This document shows positions 56,120 to 64,000 of a stretch of 64,000 nucleotides of DNA, one piece after another (positions within the stretch are counted from its first letter, which is position 1; each line of letters begins with the position of its first letter). The position numbers were made by a program, and so were the translations under genes. The DNA comes from Caldisericaceae bacterium (GTDB taxonomy: Bacteria > Caldisericota > Caldisericia > Caldisericales > Caldisericaceae), in the NCBI GenBank assembly GCA_049967855.1, contig JBMFRX010000002.1, forward strand, positions 1 through 64,000. Direction: 5' to 3'. The notes beneath the pieces are model-generated. The model was not told the DNA's origin and did no database searches. It saw only the letters and a list, made by a program, of their open reading frames with translations.

Positions 56120-58432
56120 TTACTTCTTCTCCTGTACGGCTTTCAAGACCCGCTCTGGCGTATAAGGAGATTTATGCATTCTTACACCAAGTGCGTCATA
56201 AATTGCGTTTCCAATTGCAGGTATTGGTCCGTTTATTCCAATCTCTGCGACTGATTTTGCTCCATATGGACCGGTAGGTTCGTATGTTTCCACCAGGATT
56301 GGCACTATTTCAGGGATATCTCTTGAAGAAGGTATTCTGTATTCCATAAAGTTTGGATTTAGCATTTTGCCGTTCTCTCCGAATTTGTATTCCTCAGTAA
56401 GAGCATAGCCAATTCCGTTTACTACAGCTCCAATGACTTGTCCCTTGGCAAGTTCTGGATTTAATGGGACTCCGCAATCAACTGCTGCAACATATTTAAT
56501 AGGAGTCACAATACCAGTGTCTTCATCCACTTCTATTTCAACAAAATGAGCGGCAAAAGGCGGCGGTGAATATGGAGAAACAAATGAACTCACTGCCATT
56601 ATCTGATGGTGGTTTTTGACATAAAGTGTTTGATAAGCTATTTCTGATAGCGTTACTGACTTACCACTTTTTTTGCTTTCAACCATTCCATCTTTGAAGA
56701 CGAATTCCTTTGTATCAAATTCACCAAACATTTCTTTTGCTACTTCTTCGATTTGCTCGCGTAGTTTTATAGCAGCATTTAAAACTGCTCCTCCAGATAT
56801 GTAAGTGCCGCTTGAAGCGTATGCACCAACATCAAAAGGAGTCATATCTGTATCTGAAGGATAAACGATTACTTGCTCGGTTTTTATTCCAAGTGTCTCT
56901 GCAACTAATTGCGCTGAAACAGTATCGAGACCAGTACCAATATCCGTACCACCGTATAGCACGTTGACAGAACCATCTTCGTTAAGTTTTATGGAAGCTG
57001 CTCCCATATCCACAAGGGGTATGCCTGAGCCTTGCATGTGAAGTGACATTCCTAATCCACGTACTTTTGAGCCGTTTCTATTCTTCTTTCCCCATTTTTC
57101 GTACCATCCAATTTCTTTAGCTCCAAGCTCAATAAGCTTATCAATCGCTTCGCTCTGAATGTACTGTGTTACTCCTTCTCTTCCTTCTCCAAGGGCCTGG
57201 AATATAGGAGAAGTCTCGCCCTTTCTTATGTGATTCTTAAGTCTTATTTCTAAAGGGCTAATGTTTAATTTTTCTGCAAGGATATCAATTGTCTGCTCAA
57301 GAGATGCGTAACCCTGTGTTGCACCGTATCCTCTGTATGCCCCAGAAATTGGTAGATTCGTATATACTACATCTGCAACAAATTCAACGTTAGGAGCTTT
57401 GTTATACAAAGGAAGGGTTTTTGAACCAGCATTTGAAACTACCGTGAGACCATGAGTTCCATAGGCTCCTGTATTGCTCAATGCGTACATTTTAATGGTA
57501 TTTATCATTCCATCTTTTTTTGCTCCGATTTTAACAGTAATTTTCATAGGGTGTCTTGTTCTTGCCGATATGAACTCTTCCTCTCTTGAGTATACCATTC
57601 TTGCAGGACGTCCTGTTTTCAGCGTTACAAAAGCGCATATTTCTTCAAGAATTATCTCCTGTTTTGCTCCAAATCCTCCACCAATTCTTGGTTTTATTAC
57701 TCTTATTTTCTGCACAGGTATTTCAAGAGATTGAGCCACAATTCTACGCACATGGAAAGGTACCTGAGTTGAAGTGCGTATAACAATTCTTCCATACTCG
57801 TCAAGATAAGAAAGAGTCTCATGAGGCTCTATGGGAGTGTGCTGTGCGTAATGTGTCTCAAAGGTGTTTTCAACAACAACATCTGATTCGGCAAAACCCT
57901 TTTCGATGTTTCCTGCTCTCACTTCGACGTGTGCAACTATGTTCTTTTTTGGGTCGTACGCTCCACTTATTCCTTCTTCATCATGGATTACTGGGGCGCC
58001 TTCTTTCATAGCCTCTTCAGCATCAAGAATTGCTGGAAGTAACGAGTATTTAACCTTGATAAGCTTTAAGGCAGCTGTGGCCGCCTCTTCTGTTTCAGCA
58101 ACAACGGCAGCAACTCTATCACCGACAAAACGCATTTTTTTGTTGAACATGCACGTATCATAAGGAGAAGGTTCTGGCCATCCCTGTCCTGCTGTTGTGT
58201 GGAGCACTTGTGGAGTATTTTGATACGTTAGCACCATCAGTACACCAGAAAGCTTCATAGCTTCACTTGCATCGATATCTTCGATTACAGCATGTGGGTG
58301 TGGCGAATATAGCAATTTAATCTGAAGTGTGCCAGGCAGTGCAACATCGTCAGTGAATAATGGCTGTCCTGTTGCAAGAGCCATTGCATCAATCTTGTCA
58401 ACGCTTTTGCCAACTGTATCAAAATTACTCAT
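56120..58432 (-). CDS. Xanthine dehydrogenase-family molybdopterin subunit (XdhD/YgfN-like)
   Basis: TTAGQG.PEPSPYD, STQVPFH, GGGFGAKQ, AYRGYGATQG, GAYASSGT, GAKSVAE. Confidence 0.9.
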   Translation of the reverse strand: MSNFDTVGKSVDKIDAMALATGQPLFTDDVALPGTLQIKLLYSPHPHAVIEDIDASEAMKLSGVLMVLTYQNTPQVLHTTAGQGWPEPSPYDTCMFNKKMRFVGDRVAAVVAETEEAATAALKLIKVKYSLLPAILDAEEAMKEGAPVIHDEEGISGAYDPKKNIVAHVEVRAGNIEKGFAESDVVVENTFETHYAQHTPIEPHETLSYLDEYGRIVIRTSTQVPFHVRRIVAQSLEIPVQKIRVIKPRIGGGFGAKQEIILEEICAFVTLKTGRPARMVYSREEEFISARTRHPMKITVKIGAKKDGMINTIKMYALSNTGAYGTHGLTVVSNAGSKTLPLYNKAPNVEFVADVVYTNLPISGAYRGYGATQGYASLEQTIDILAEKLNISPLEIRLKNHIRKGETSPIFQALGEGREGVTQYIQSEAIDKLIELGAKEIGWYEKWGKKNRNGSKVRGLGMSLHMQGSGIPLVDMGAASIKLNEDGSVNVLYGGTDIGTGLDTVSAQLVAETLGIKTEQVIVYPSDTDMTPFDVGAYASSGTYISGGAVLNAAIKLREQIEEVAKEMFGEFDTKEFVFKDGMVESKKSGKSVTLSEIAYQTLYVKNHHQIMAVSSFVSPYSPPPFAAHFVEIEVDEDTGIVTPIKYVAAVDCGVPLNPELAKGQVIGAVVNGIGYALTEEYKFGENGKMLNPNFMEYRIPSSRDIPEIVPILVETYEPTGPYGAKSVAEIGINGPIPAIGNAIYDALGVRMHKSPYTPERVLKAVQEKK

Positions 58433-58901
58433 CTTTCTTACCTCCTTTCATAAGTTGTGCGGCGTACTTTATGGCTTCAATCTGCTGGACATACCCAGTG
58501 CAGCGGCATAGGTTTCCGTCTATTGACTTTTTTATTTCTTCGTCTGTTGGGTCAGGATTTTTCTGAAGCAGTGCATAAGCCGAAACTATTGTCCCAGGAG
58601 TGCAAAAACCGCATTGAACTGCGCCTTTTTCAACGAACGCCTTTTGCAAAGGGCTGGGATTCATAATGGTCCCTATGCCTTTTACCGTCGTTATTGTAGC
58701 ACCGTCTATTTGTGCAGCAAGCGTCGTGCAGCTTGTCTTTGGTGTTCCATTTATTAGTACTGCACAGGCACCACATGTACCCATATAACAATTGCCTTTT
58801 ACCTCTGTGTAGCCGTAACGTCTGAGCACATCAAGAAGGACTTCCCCTTCTTTAATCTCGAATTCCTTGACTTCTCCGTTTATTGTATATTTAACTTTCA
58901 T
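58425..58901 (-). CDS. Xanthine dehydrogenase-family 2x[2Fe-2S] subunit
   Basis: CYMGTCGAC..C, QCGFC, CRCTGY. Confidence 0.93.
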   Translation of the reverse strand: MKVKYTINGEVKEFEIKEGEVLLDVLRRYGYTEVKGNCYMGTCGACAVLINGTPKTSCTTLAAQIDGATITTVKGIGTIMNPSPLQKAFVEKGAVQCGFCTPGTIVSAYALLQKNPDPTDEEIKKSIDGNLCRCTGYVQQIEAIKYAAQLMKGGKKDE

Positions 58902-58902
58902 C

Positions 58903-59754
58903 TCATTCCTCCATAAATGCTTTTAGTATATTGCGCGAAAAGACATCTGCAATTTTCGCTCTGTACTCTCTGCTCACTCTGACGTCCCCTTCAACATCAG
59001 CATTCTGGGAAGTGAAAGCTCCAAATTCATCTGCCAGGGCATCGTTTAGAGCTCGACTTTTCAGGTATTCCTCTCCTTTGGCGAATTCGACCGAAGGTCC
59101 AGGCCTGGATCCCATAATAATTTTGTTTTCTTCAAGAATGCCGTTTTGAATTTTTGACAGAATTGCAAGGTTCATTAAAGGGATGTCAGTAGCATTTCTA
59201 ACGTATCTATTCATACCAAATTTGTAAGAGTTATCATACTTCTTGAGTTGAATTTCTTTGATTATCGACGTTGATAACATTTCTCTGAAACGCGATGCAT
59301 AAAAGTCATTAATATTTACTTGTGAGTCTTTGTTGCCGTCGTTTAGAGTTATTTCTGCATTCAGCGCCATAAGAAGCGTTGTTATGTCAGAATAGGGCTC
59401 TCTTTGTGCTACAGACCCGCCAATTGTAATTTGATTTCTAAGTAACTCCGAGGCAATACTGTCTAAAACATTTTTCACTGTCTTGTTAAGGTAGGTTATA
59501 ATTGGTTGAGATTCTGCAAGTGATGAGATTGTGGTTGTTGCCCCAATTGCTATTGTTGATTGAGTTTCTCTTACGTAATTTAGGTTCAAATTATTAAGAA
59601 AAACAAGAGTCTTTATTGATGGGTTTGGGAAAACCGTAAGGTGCAGACCGCCTCCAACTACCCGTGCCCTGCCATCTCTTTCCTGCAACATCAAGGCTGC
59701 TTCTTCTATACTATGAGGGTAGAGGCATTCTTCAACTTCTTTTAGTTTCAACAT
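58903..59754 (-). CDS. Xanthine dehydrogenase-family FAD subunit (YgfM-like)
   Basis: YP.SIEEA, VGGG, IGATTT, LRNQITIGGS, GDVRVSREYR. Confidence 0.85.
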   Translation of the reverse strand: MLKLKEVEECLYPHSIEEAALMLQERDGRARVVGGGLHLTVFPNPSIKTLVFLNNLNLNYVRETQSTIAIGATTTISSLAESQPIITYLNKTVKNVLDSIASELLRNQITIGGSVAQREPYSDITTLLMALNAEITLNDGNKDSQVNINDFYASRFREMLSTSIIKEIQLKKYDNSYKFGMNRYVRNATDIPLMNLAILSKIQNGILEENKIIMGSRPGPSVEFAKGEEYLKSRALNDALADEFGAFTSQNADVEGDVRVSREYRAKIADVFSRNILKAFMEE

Positions 59755-59973
59755 TTCATACTACCTCCTATATTTATTTCTTTATTTAATTATAATACAA
59801 AGTATATTACGCTAAAATCGTCTATAGAAATTTGTTTTAAAGGGCATTTCCATTTAGGCGTGTTTTGTTAGAGCTAACCAATTATAACCGAAATTAAAGC
59901 TTGTTCAAAAGCTGTGTAATTATCAAAAAGTCTGGCCTTTTGCAAAAAAAATCAAAAGGTATAAAATCAGTGT

Positions 59974-61035
59974 GTGAAAAAAATTTTATTAGGTGTTTTT
60001 ATATTTATTTTTGCTTCTGTTCCCGTGCTTGGATGCGGAAGGCATACTGTTCAGATAGAGCTCTCCGATAAGGTAAATGCACTTGGGACTCTATATGCAA
60101 AAAGTTGCACTGTAGATGGAAAGAATGTTGCAATTAATTCTGGCAAAATAGACATACTCCCAGGACAACATACCGTAAGAGTTCCTGGTTATTATGATGC
60201 AGAGATTAATGTTGGAAAAGATTTGAAAGATACAAAAATCGTTTTAACCCCCAGGGCATATCTCGAAATTTCTACAAACGTAGTCGGAGAAAAAATTTTC
60301 CTTGATGATGCTAACTATGATTATGTAAGCTCTAATTCTATAACATTTTCTGCTGTAGAAAATTTCTCTTTCGAACCGCTTGTAATAGTAATATCGCCCC
60401 TATCTGTAGGAGAGCATTCGATTCTTCTAACAAATAAGTATTTTAAAGATTTCTCAACCATGACAGATGTTAAGGAAGGCAAAAACACTCTTGATGCTTT
60501 TATGAAGCCAGATGAACAGCAAATAATTGGGCTTCTCAATTCGATTTCATTTCCTGAGGACACACAAAATTTCGACTTCAAAATTGACTTAAGTGGCTCT
60601 TTGAATGGTGTTAACCTTAGCAACTCAACGCTTAATGGCAAGGTAAGTAGCAAAAAAGTAGTTGAAATTTCTGATACAAATATTGACTATACGCTTGATA
60701 AAGGCAAGCTGTACATTGGTAACACAGAAGTTGAAGATAGTGAAAAATCTCAGGCTCTTTTGTTTGCAATTAATACAGTCCAGGAATTTATCGAAAGCAA
60801 AAAATTGATGACTCAGATACTGCTCTCTGCAAGTGCAGAAAACGTTCGCATTAGTTATGATGGCAGTTCTGGAACAATTGGTTTTATTTCTACTAAAGCG
60901 TTTGAAGATAGGCCTGTAAGTGAGAAATATATTGTGGGCATTAAGGATAAGTTTGTTGAATCTGTTTCTATTTCTGTTGATTCAGACCCTCTTAAAACAA
61001 ACCTTAGAGTTTTTCTTGATATAACTAGGAGGTAA
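59974..61035 (+). CDS. Putative lipoprotein with PEGA-like beta repeats
   Basis: MKK, hydrophobic stretch, VLGC lipobox; 'ILPGQHTVRVPGY' and 'LSVGEHSILL' segments. Confidence 0.6.
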   Translation: MKKILLGVFIFIFASVPVLGCGRHTVQIELSDKVNALGTLYAKSCTVDGKNVAINSGKIDILPGQHTVRVPGYYDAEINVGKDLKDTKIVLTPRAYLEISTNVVGEKIFLDDANYDYVSSNSITFSAVENFSFEPLVIVISPLSVGEHSILLTNKYFKDFSTMTDVKEGKNTLDAFMKPDEQQIIGLLNSISFPEDTQNFDFKIDLSGSLNGVNLSNSTLNGKVSSKKVVEISDTNIDYTLDKGKLYIGNTEVEDSEKSQALLFAINTVQEFIESKKLMTQILLSASAENVRISYDGSSGTIGFISTKAFEDRPVSEKYIVGIKDKFVESVSISVDSDPLKTNLRVFLDITRR

Positions 61036-61037
61036 TT

Positions 61038-64000
61038 ATGTCTTTTACTCATCTTCATCTTCACACAGAATACAGCCTTTTGGATGGACTTAATAAAATC
61101 AATTTGTTAGCAGAGCGTATTAAAGAACTTGGTATGGATTCCGTTGCAATAACTGACCATGGAAGTATGTATGGAGTAGTTGACTTTTACTCGACTATGA
61201 AGAAAGCAAATATTAAGCCGATCATCGGTGTGGAAACTTACGTTGCTCCGAATGGCATCGAGGTAAAAGATAGAGAAAGCGATAGGTTTCATCTTATTCT
61301 CTTAGCAAAGAACAATGAAGGTTACAGGAACTTATTAAAGATAGTTTCTAAGAGTTATATAGACGGCTTCTATTACAAGCCTCGAGTAGATTACAAGATA
61401 CTTGAACAGTACCATGAAAACTTAATTGCAATGAGTTCATGCATTCAAGGAGAAATTGCTCAAAAGATTTTAAAAGCAACAAAGAAGGAAGCCAAAGAAG
61501 CTTTATATAGATACCTTGATATCTTTGGAAAGGGCAATTTTTTTCTTGAAGTTCAAAATCATGGAATTGAAGATGAGTTTAAAGTTATTAAGGGAATGTT
61601 GGAGCTTTCAAAAGACGAGGGGATTCCACTTGTGGCTACTAATGACGCACACTACCTTACGAAAGAAGATGCAAAAGCGCATGATATACTCTTGTGCGTG
61701 CAAACACTCTCAAATGTAGACGACCCAGAGAGAATGCGTTTTGAAACCCAGGAGTTTTATGTGAAGTCAGAGCAGGAGATGCGAGAAGCTTTCAAAGAAA
61801 TGCCAGATGCAGTTGACAATACTCAGATTGTTAAGGATATGTGCAATGTGGAAATGGATTTCTCAACTTATCATTTGCCGCATTTTACTGAAGATGGCAA
61901 AGAATGGAACCAGGAAGAAAATAATAAGCTCCTTGAGCAATTAACCTTTGCGGGCCTGAAAGAGCTGTACAAAGATAATCTGGAGGAACTTGAGAAGAGA
62001 GCCCGCTTTGAGCTTGATGTTATTGAAAAAATGGGTTTCACTGATTATTTTTTGATAGTACAGGACTTTATAAACTGGGCAAAGAAAAATAATATTCCTG
62101 TTGGCCCTGGGCGAGGCTCTGCTGCTGGAAGTATAGTTTCTTACTCACTTCACATTACCGAAATCGACCCAATAAAATACCAATTGTTCTTTGAACGTTT
62201 TCTGAATCCTGAACGCATCTCAATGCCCGACATTGATATTGACTTCAGTGACAGAGGTCGCGATAAGGTTATCGAGTACGTGAGAAATAAATATGGGGAA
62301 GACCATGTGGCACAAGTTGCTACATTTGGCAGGATGGAAGCAAGAGCTGTAATAAGAGACGTCGGAAGAGCGCTTGGGTTTACTTATGGTGAAATGGACA
62401 GATTTGCAAAACTAATTCCTATGGGAATGTCACTAGGAGACGCCATTTCTACTATCGCTGATTTGAAAAGTAGCTCACAGGACCCTAAATACAAAGAGCT
62501 TTTTGAAATTTCTCTTAAATTAGAAGGAGTAGTAAGAAATTTCTCTACACATGCAGCTGGCATTGTAATAGGTGATGCACCACTGACTGAGTATGTGCCG
62601 CTTCAAAAAGACAAAGATAATTCTATAATTGCGCAATTTGATAAGGATGTAGTAGAGCACATAGGATTACTTAAAATGGATTTCTTAGGGCTTAAGAACC
62701 TTACTATAATGCAGGATACGGTGGAATCTCTTAGGAAGACTGGGATTGATATTGACCTTAGAACAATTCCTGAAAACGATGAGGCAACATTTGCAATGTT
62801 AAAGCAGGGAGACTCTGTTGGCGTGTTTCAGCTGGAAAGCAGTGGAATGCGCAAAGTGCTTAAAGGTGTGCAACCTGAGAGCATTGACGACCTCACTGCT
62901 GTGGTTTCATTATACAGGCCAGGCACGATAAAGGCAGGCGGTATTGATGATTACATCAATCGAAAAAAGGGTGTTACTAAGGTCAAATACCCTCATCCAA
63001 GCCTTGAGCCTATCCTAAAAGGTACTTATGGTATTATAGTTTATCAGGAGCAAGTAATGCAGATTGCTAATACGCTCGCAGGGTATACGCTTGCTGAGGC
63101 AGACACTCTCAGAAAAGCTATAGGCAAAAAGATACCTGAAATAATGCAGGCACAGAGAGGTACTTTTGTTGAAAAGGCAATGCAGAAGGGAATAAGCAAG
63201 AACATTGCAGAGGATGTTTTTAATCTTATTGAATATTTTGCAGGATATGGGTTTAATAAAGCTCATGCGGTTTGCTATGCTACTATTGCCTATAGAACTG
63301 CCTATCTCAAGGCTCATTATCCAAGAGAATACTTTACTGCGATTCTTAACTCTTATATTGATAACCAGGACAAACTAACTCAAATTCTATATGAAATAAA
63401 ATCTAAAGGCATTAATATTTTGCCTCCTGATATCAATAAGTCAGACGTCTACTTCAAAGTTGAGAATGAATCAATAAGATTTGGGCTTCTTGTGATAAAG
63501 AATGTTGGTGAAAAGGCCCTTTCTGAAATAATTGATGAAAGAGAGAGGCAAGGGGAATTTACTTCTTATAATGATTTTGAAAATAGGGTTAAGTCACTCA
63601 AAGTGAACAAGAAAGTTTCAGAAAGCCTTGTAAAGGCAGGTTGTTTTGATTCTCTTAATGAGGATAGAAAGACAATCCTTCAGGGAGGGAATCATAGTGG
63701 GGAGAGTATTTCTCTTTTTGGGGGAGAGCCTTCTTCTCCGACAAAGCGTTATCAGACAACTGCTTCTGACATTATGAGTTATGAAAAGGAAATCTTTGGT
63801 TTCTACATTACGAATAATCCGCTCAACTCGTATATTCCCTTGCTAAACGAAAAGAATATTCCGCTTGTATCAGCTATTTTCGACGAAGAGCTAGATGGAA
63901 ACGTAGCAATAGCAGGTGTTATTAGCAATGCAAGGAAAACTAAGACCAAAAACGGCAATTTTATTTTCAGGTTTGACTTTGAGGATGGGATATCAAAAGT
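61038..64000 (+). CDS. dnaE: DNA polymerase III alpha subunit (partial; runs off the window)
   Basis: AGGAGG RBS; MSFTHLHLHTEYSLLDG, AITDHG, GPGRGSAAGS, MPDIDIDF, STHAAG, LLKMDFLG, FAGYGFNKAHA. Confidence 0.96.
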   Translation, partial: MSFTHLHLHTEYSLLDGLNKINLLAERIKELGMDSVAITDHGSMYGVVDFYSTMKKANIKPIIGVETYVAPNGIEVKDRESDRFHLILLAKNNEGYRNLLKIVSKSYIDGFYYKPRVDYKILEQYHENLIAMSSCIQGEIAQKILKATKKEAKEALYRYLDIFGKGNFFLEVQNHGIEDEFKVIKGMLELSKDEGIPLVATNDAHYLTKEDAKAHDILLCVQTLSNVDDPERMRFETQEFYVKSEQEMREAFKEMPDAVDNTQIVKDMCNVEMDFSTYHLPHFTEDGKEWNQEENNKLLEQLTFAGLKELYKDNLEELEKRARFELDVIEKMGFTDYFLIVQDFINWAKKNNIPVGPGRGSAAGSIVSYSLHITEIDPIKYQLFFERFLNPERISMPDIDIDFSDRGRDKVIEYVRNKYGEDHVAQVATFGRMEARAVIRDVGRALGFTYGEMDRFAKLIPMGMSLGDAISTIADLKSSSQDPKYKELFEISLKLEGVVRNFSTHAAGIVIGDAPLTEYVPLQKDKDNSIIAQFDKDVVEHIGLLKMDFLGLKNLTIMQDTVESLRKTGIDIDLRTIPENDEATFAMLKQGDSVGVFQLESSGMRKVLKGVQPESIDDLTAVVSLYRPGTIKAGGIDDYINRKKGVTKVKYPHPSLEPILKGTYGIIVYQEQVMQIANTLAGYTLAEADTLRKAIGKKIPEIMQAQRGTFVEKAMQKGISKNIAEDVFNLIEYFAGYGFNKAHAVCYATIAYRTAYLKAHYPREYFTAILNSYIDNQDKLTQILYEIKSKGINILPPDINKSDVYFKVENESIRFGLLVIKNVGEKALSEIIDERERQGEFTSYNDFENRVKSLKVNKKVSESLVKAGCFDSLNEDRKTILQGGNHSGESISLFGGEPSSPTKRYQTTASDIMSYEKEIFGFYITNNPLNSYIPLLNEKNIPLVSAIFDEELDGNVAIAGVISNARKTKTKNGNFIFRFDFEDGISK

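Noticed and set aside
59755..59973. Purine or Moco riboswitch upstream of either Mo-hydroxylase operon (also 19391-19532)
   Set aside because: No recognisable aptamer consensus by eye, and the promoters lie close to the start codons; an Rfam scan would settle it.

Overview
AT-rich bacterial chromosome window; gene content and tRNA set suggest a deep-branching anaerobe, possibly Caldisericota (inference, not tested). From left to right: (1) 0-13 kb is an accessory region with two clusters of palindromic REP-like repeats, a PadR-led operon, PepF, a heliorhodopsin paired with a 4-His membrane protein, an MsrP-like molybdoenzyme and two PlsY-like paralogs. (2) rtcB-nfo-yggS. (3) A minus-strand locus in which two identical, unannotated 28-aa signal-peptide-like genes (MKWGSKVLALILGVALFVMSVAASLKWH, in a 120-bp tandem repeat) precede a multi-TM HD-GYP protein and a DUF5317 membrane protein. 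This is my best candidate for an undescribed system: peptide signalling that feeds into c-di-GMP turnover. (4) rlmN. (5) A 10.7-kb nucleobase/ureide catabolic cluster (GNAT-like unknown, YlbF/FdrA/YlbE, cyclase, Mo-hydroxylase, NCS2 permease). (6) Seven tRNAs, then tig-clpP-clpX-lon-rodZ-rimO-thpR-recA-recX-rny-uvrC-hflX and tRNA-Arg(CCG). (7) perR-like, rsmG, mnmG, gpmA and an intergenic DnaA-box cluster. (8) Serine-related genes, a second (XdhD-like) Mo-hydroxylase, a lipoprotein, and dnaE running off the right end. Two window-wide patterns also stand out: sigma70-type promoters with 15-16 bp spacers, and several apparently leaderless genes. All family assignments come from motif recognition by eye, not database searches.
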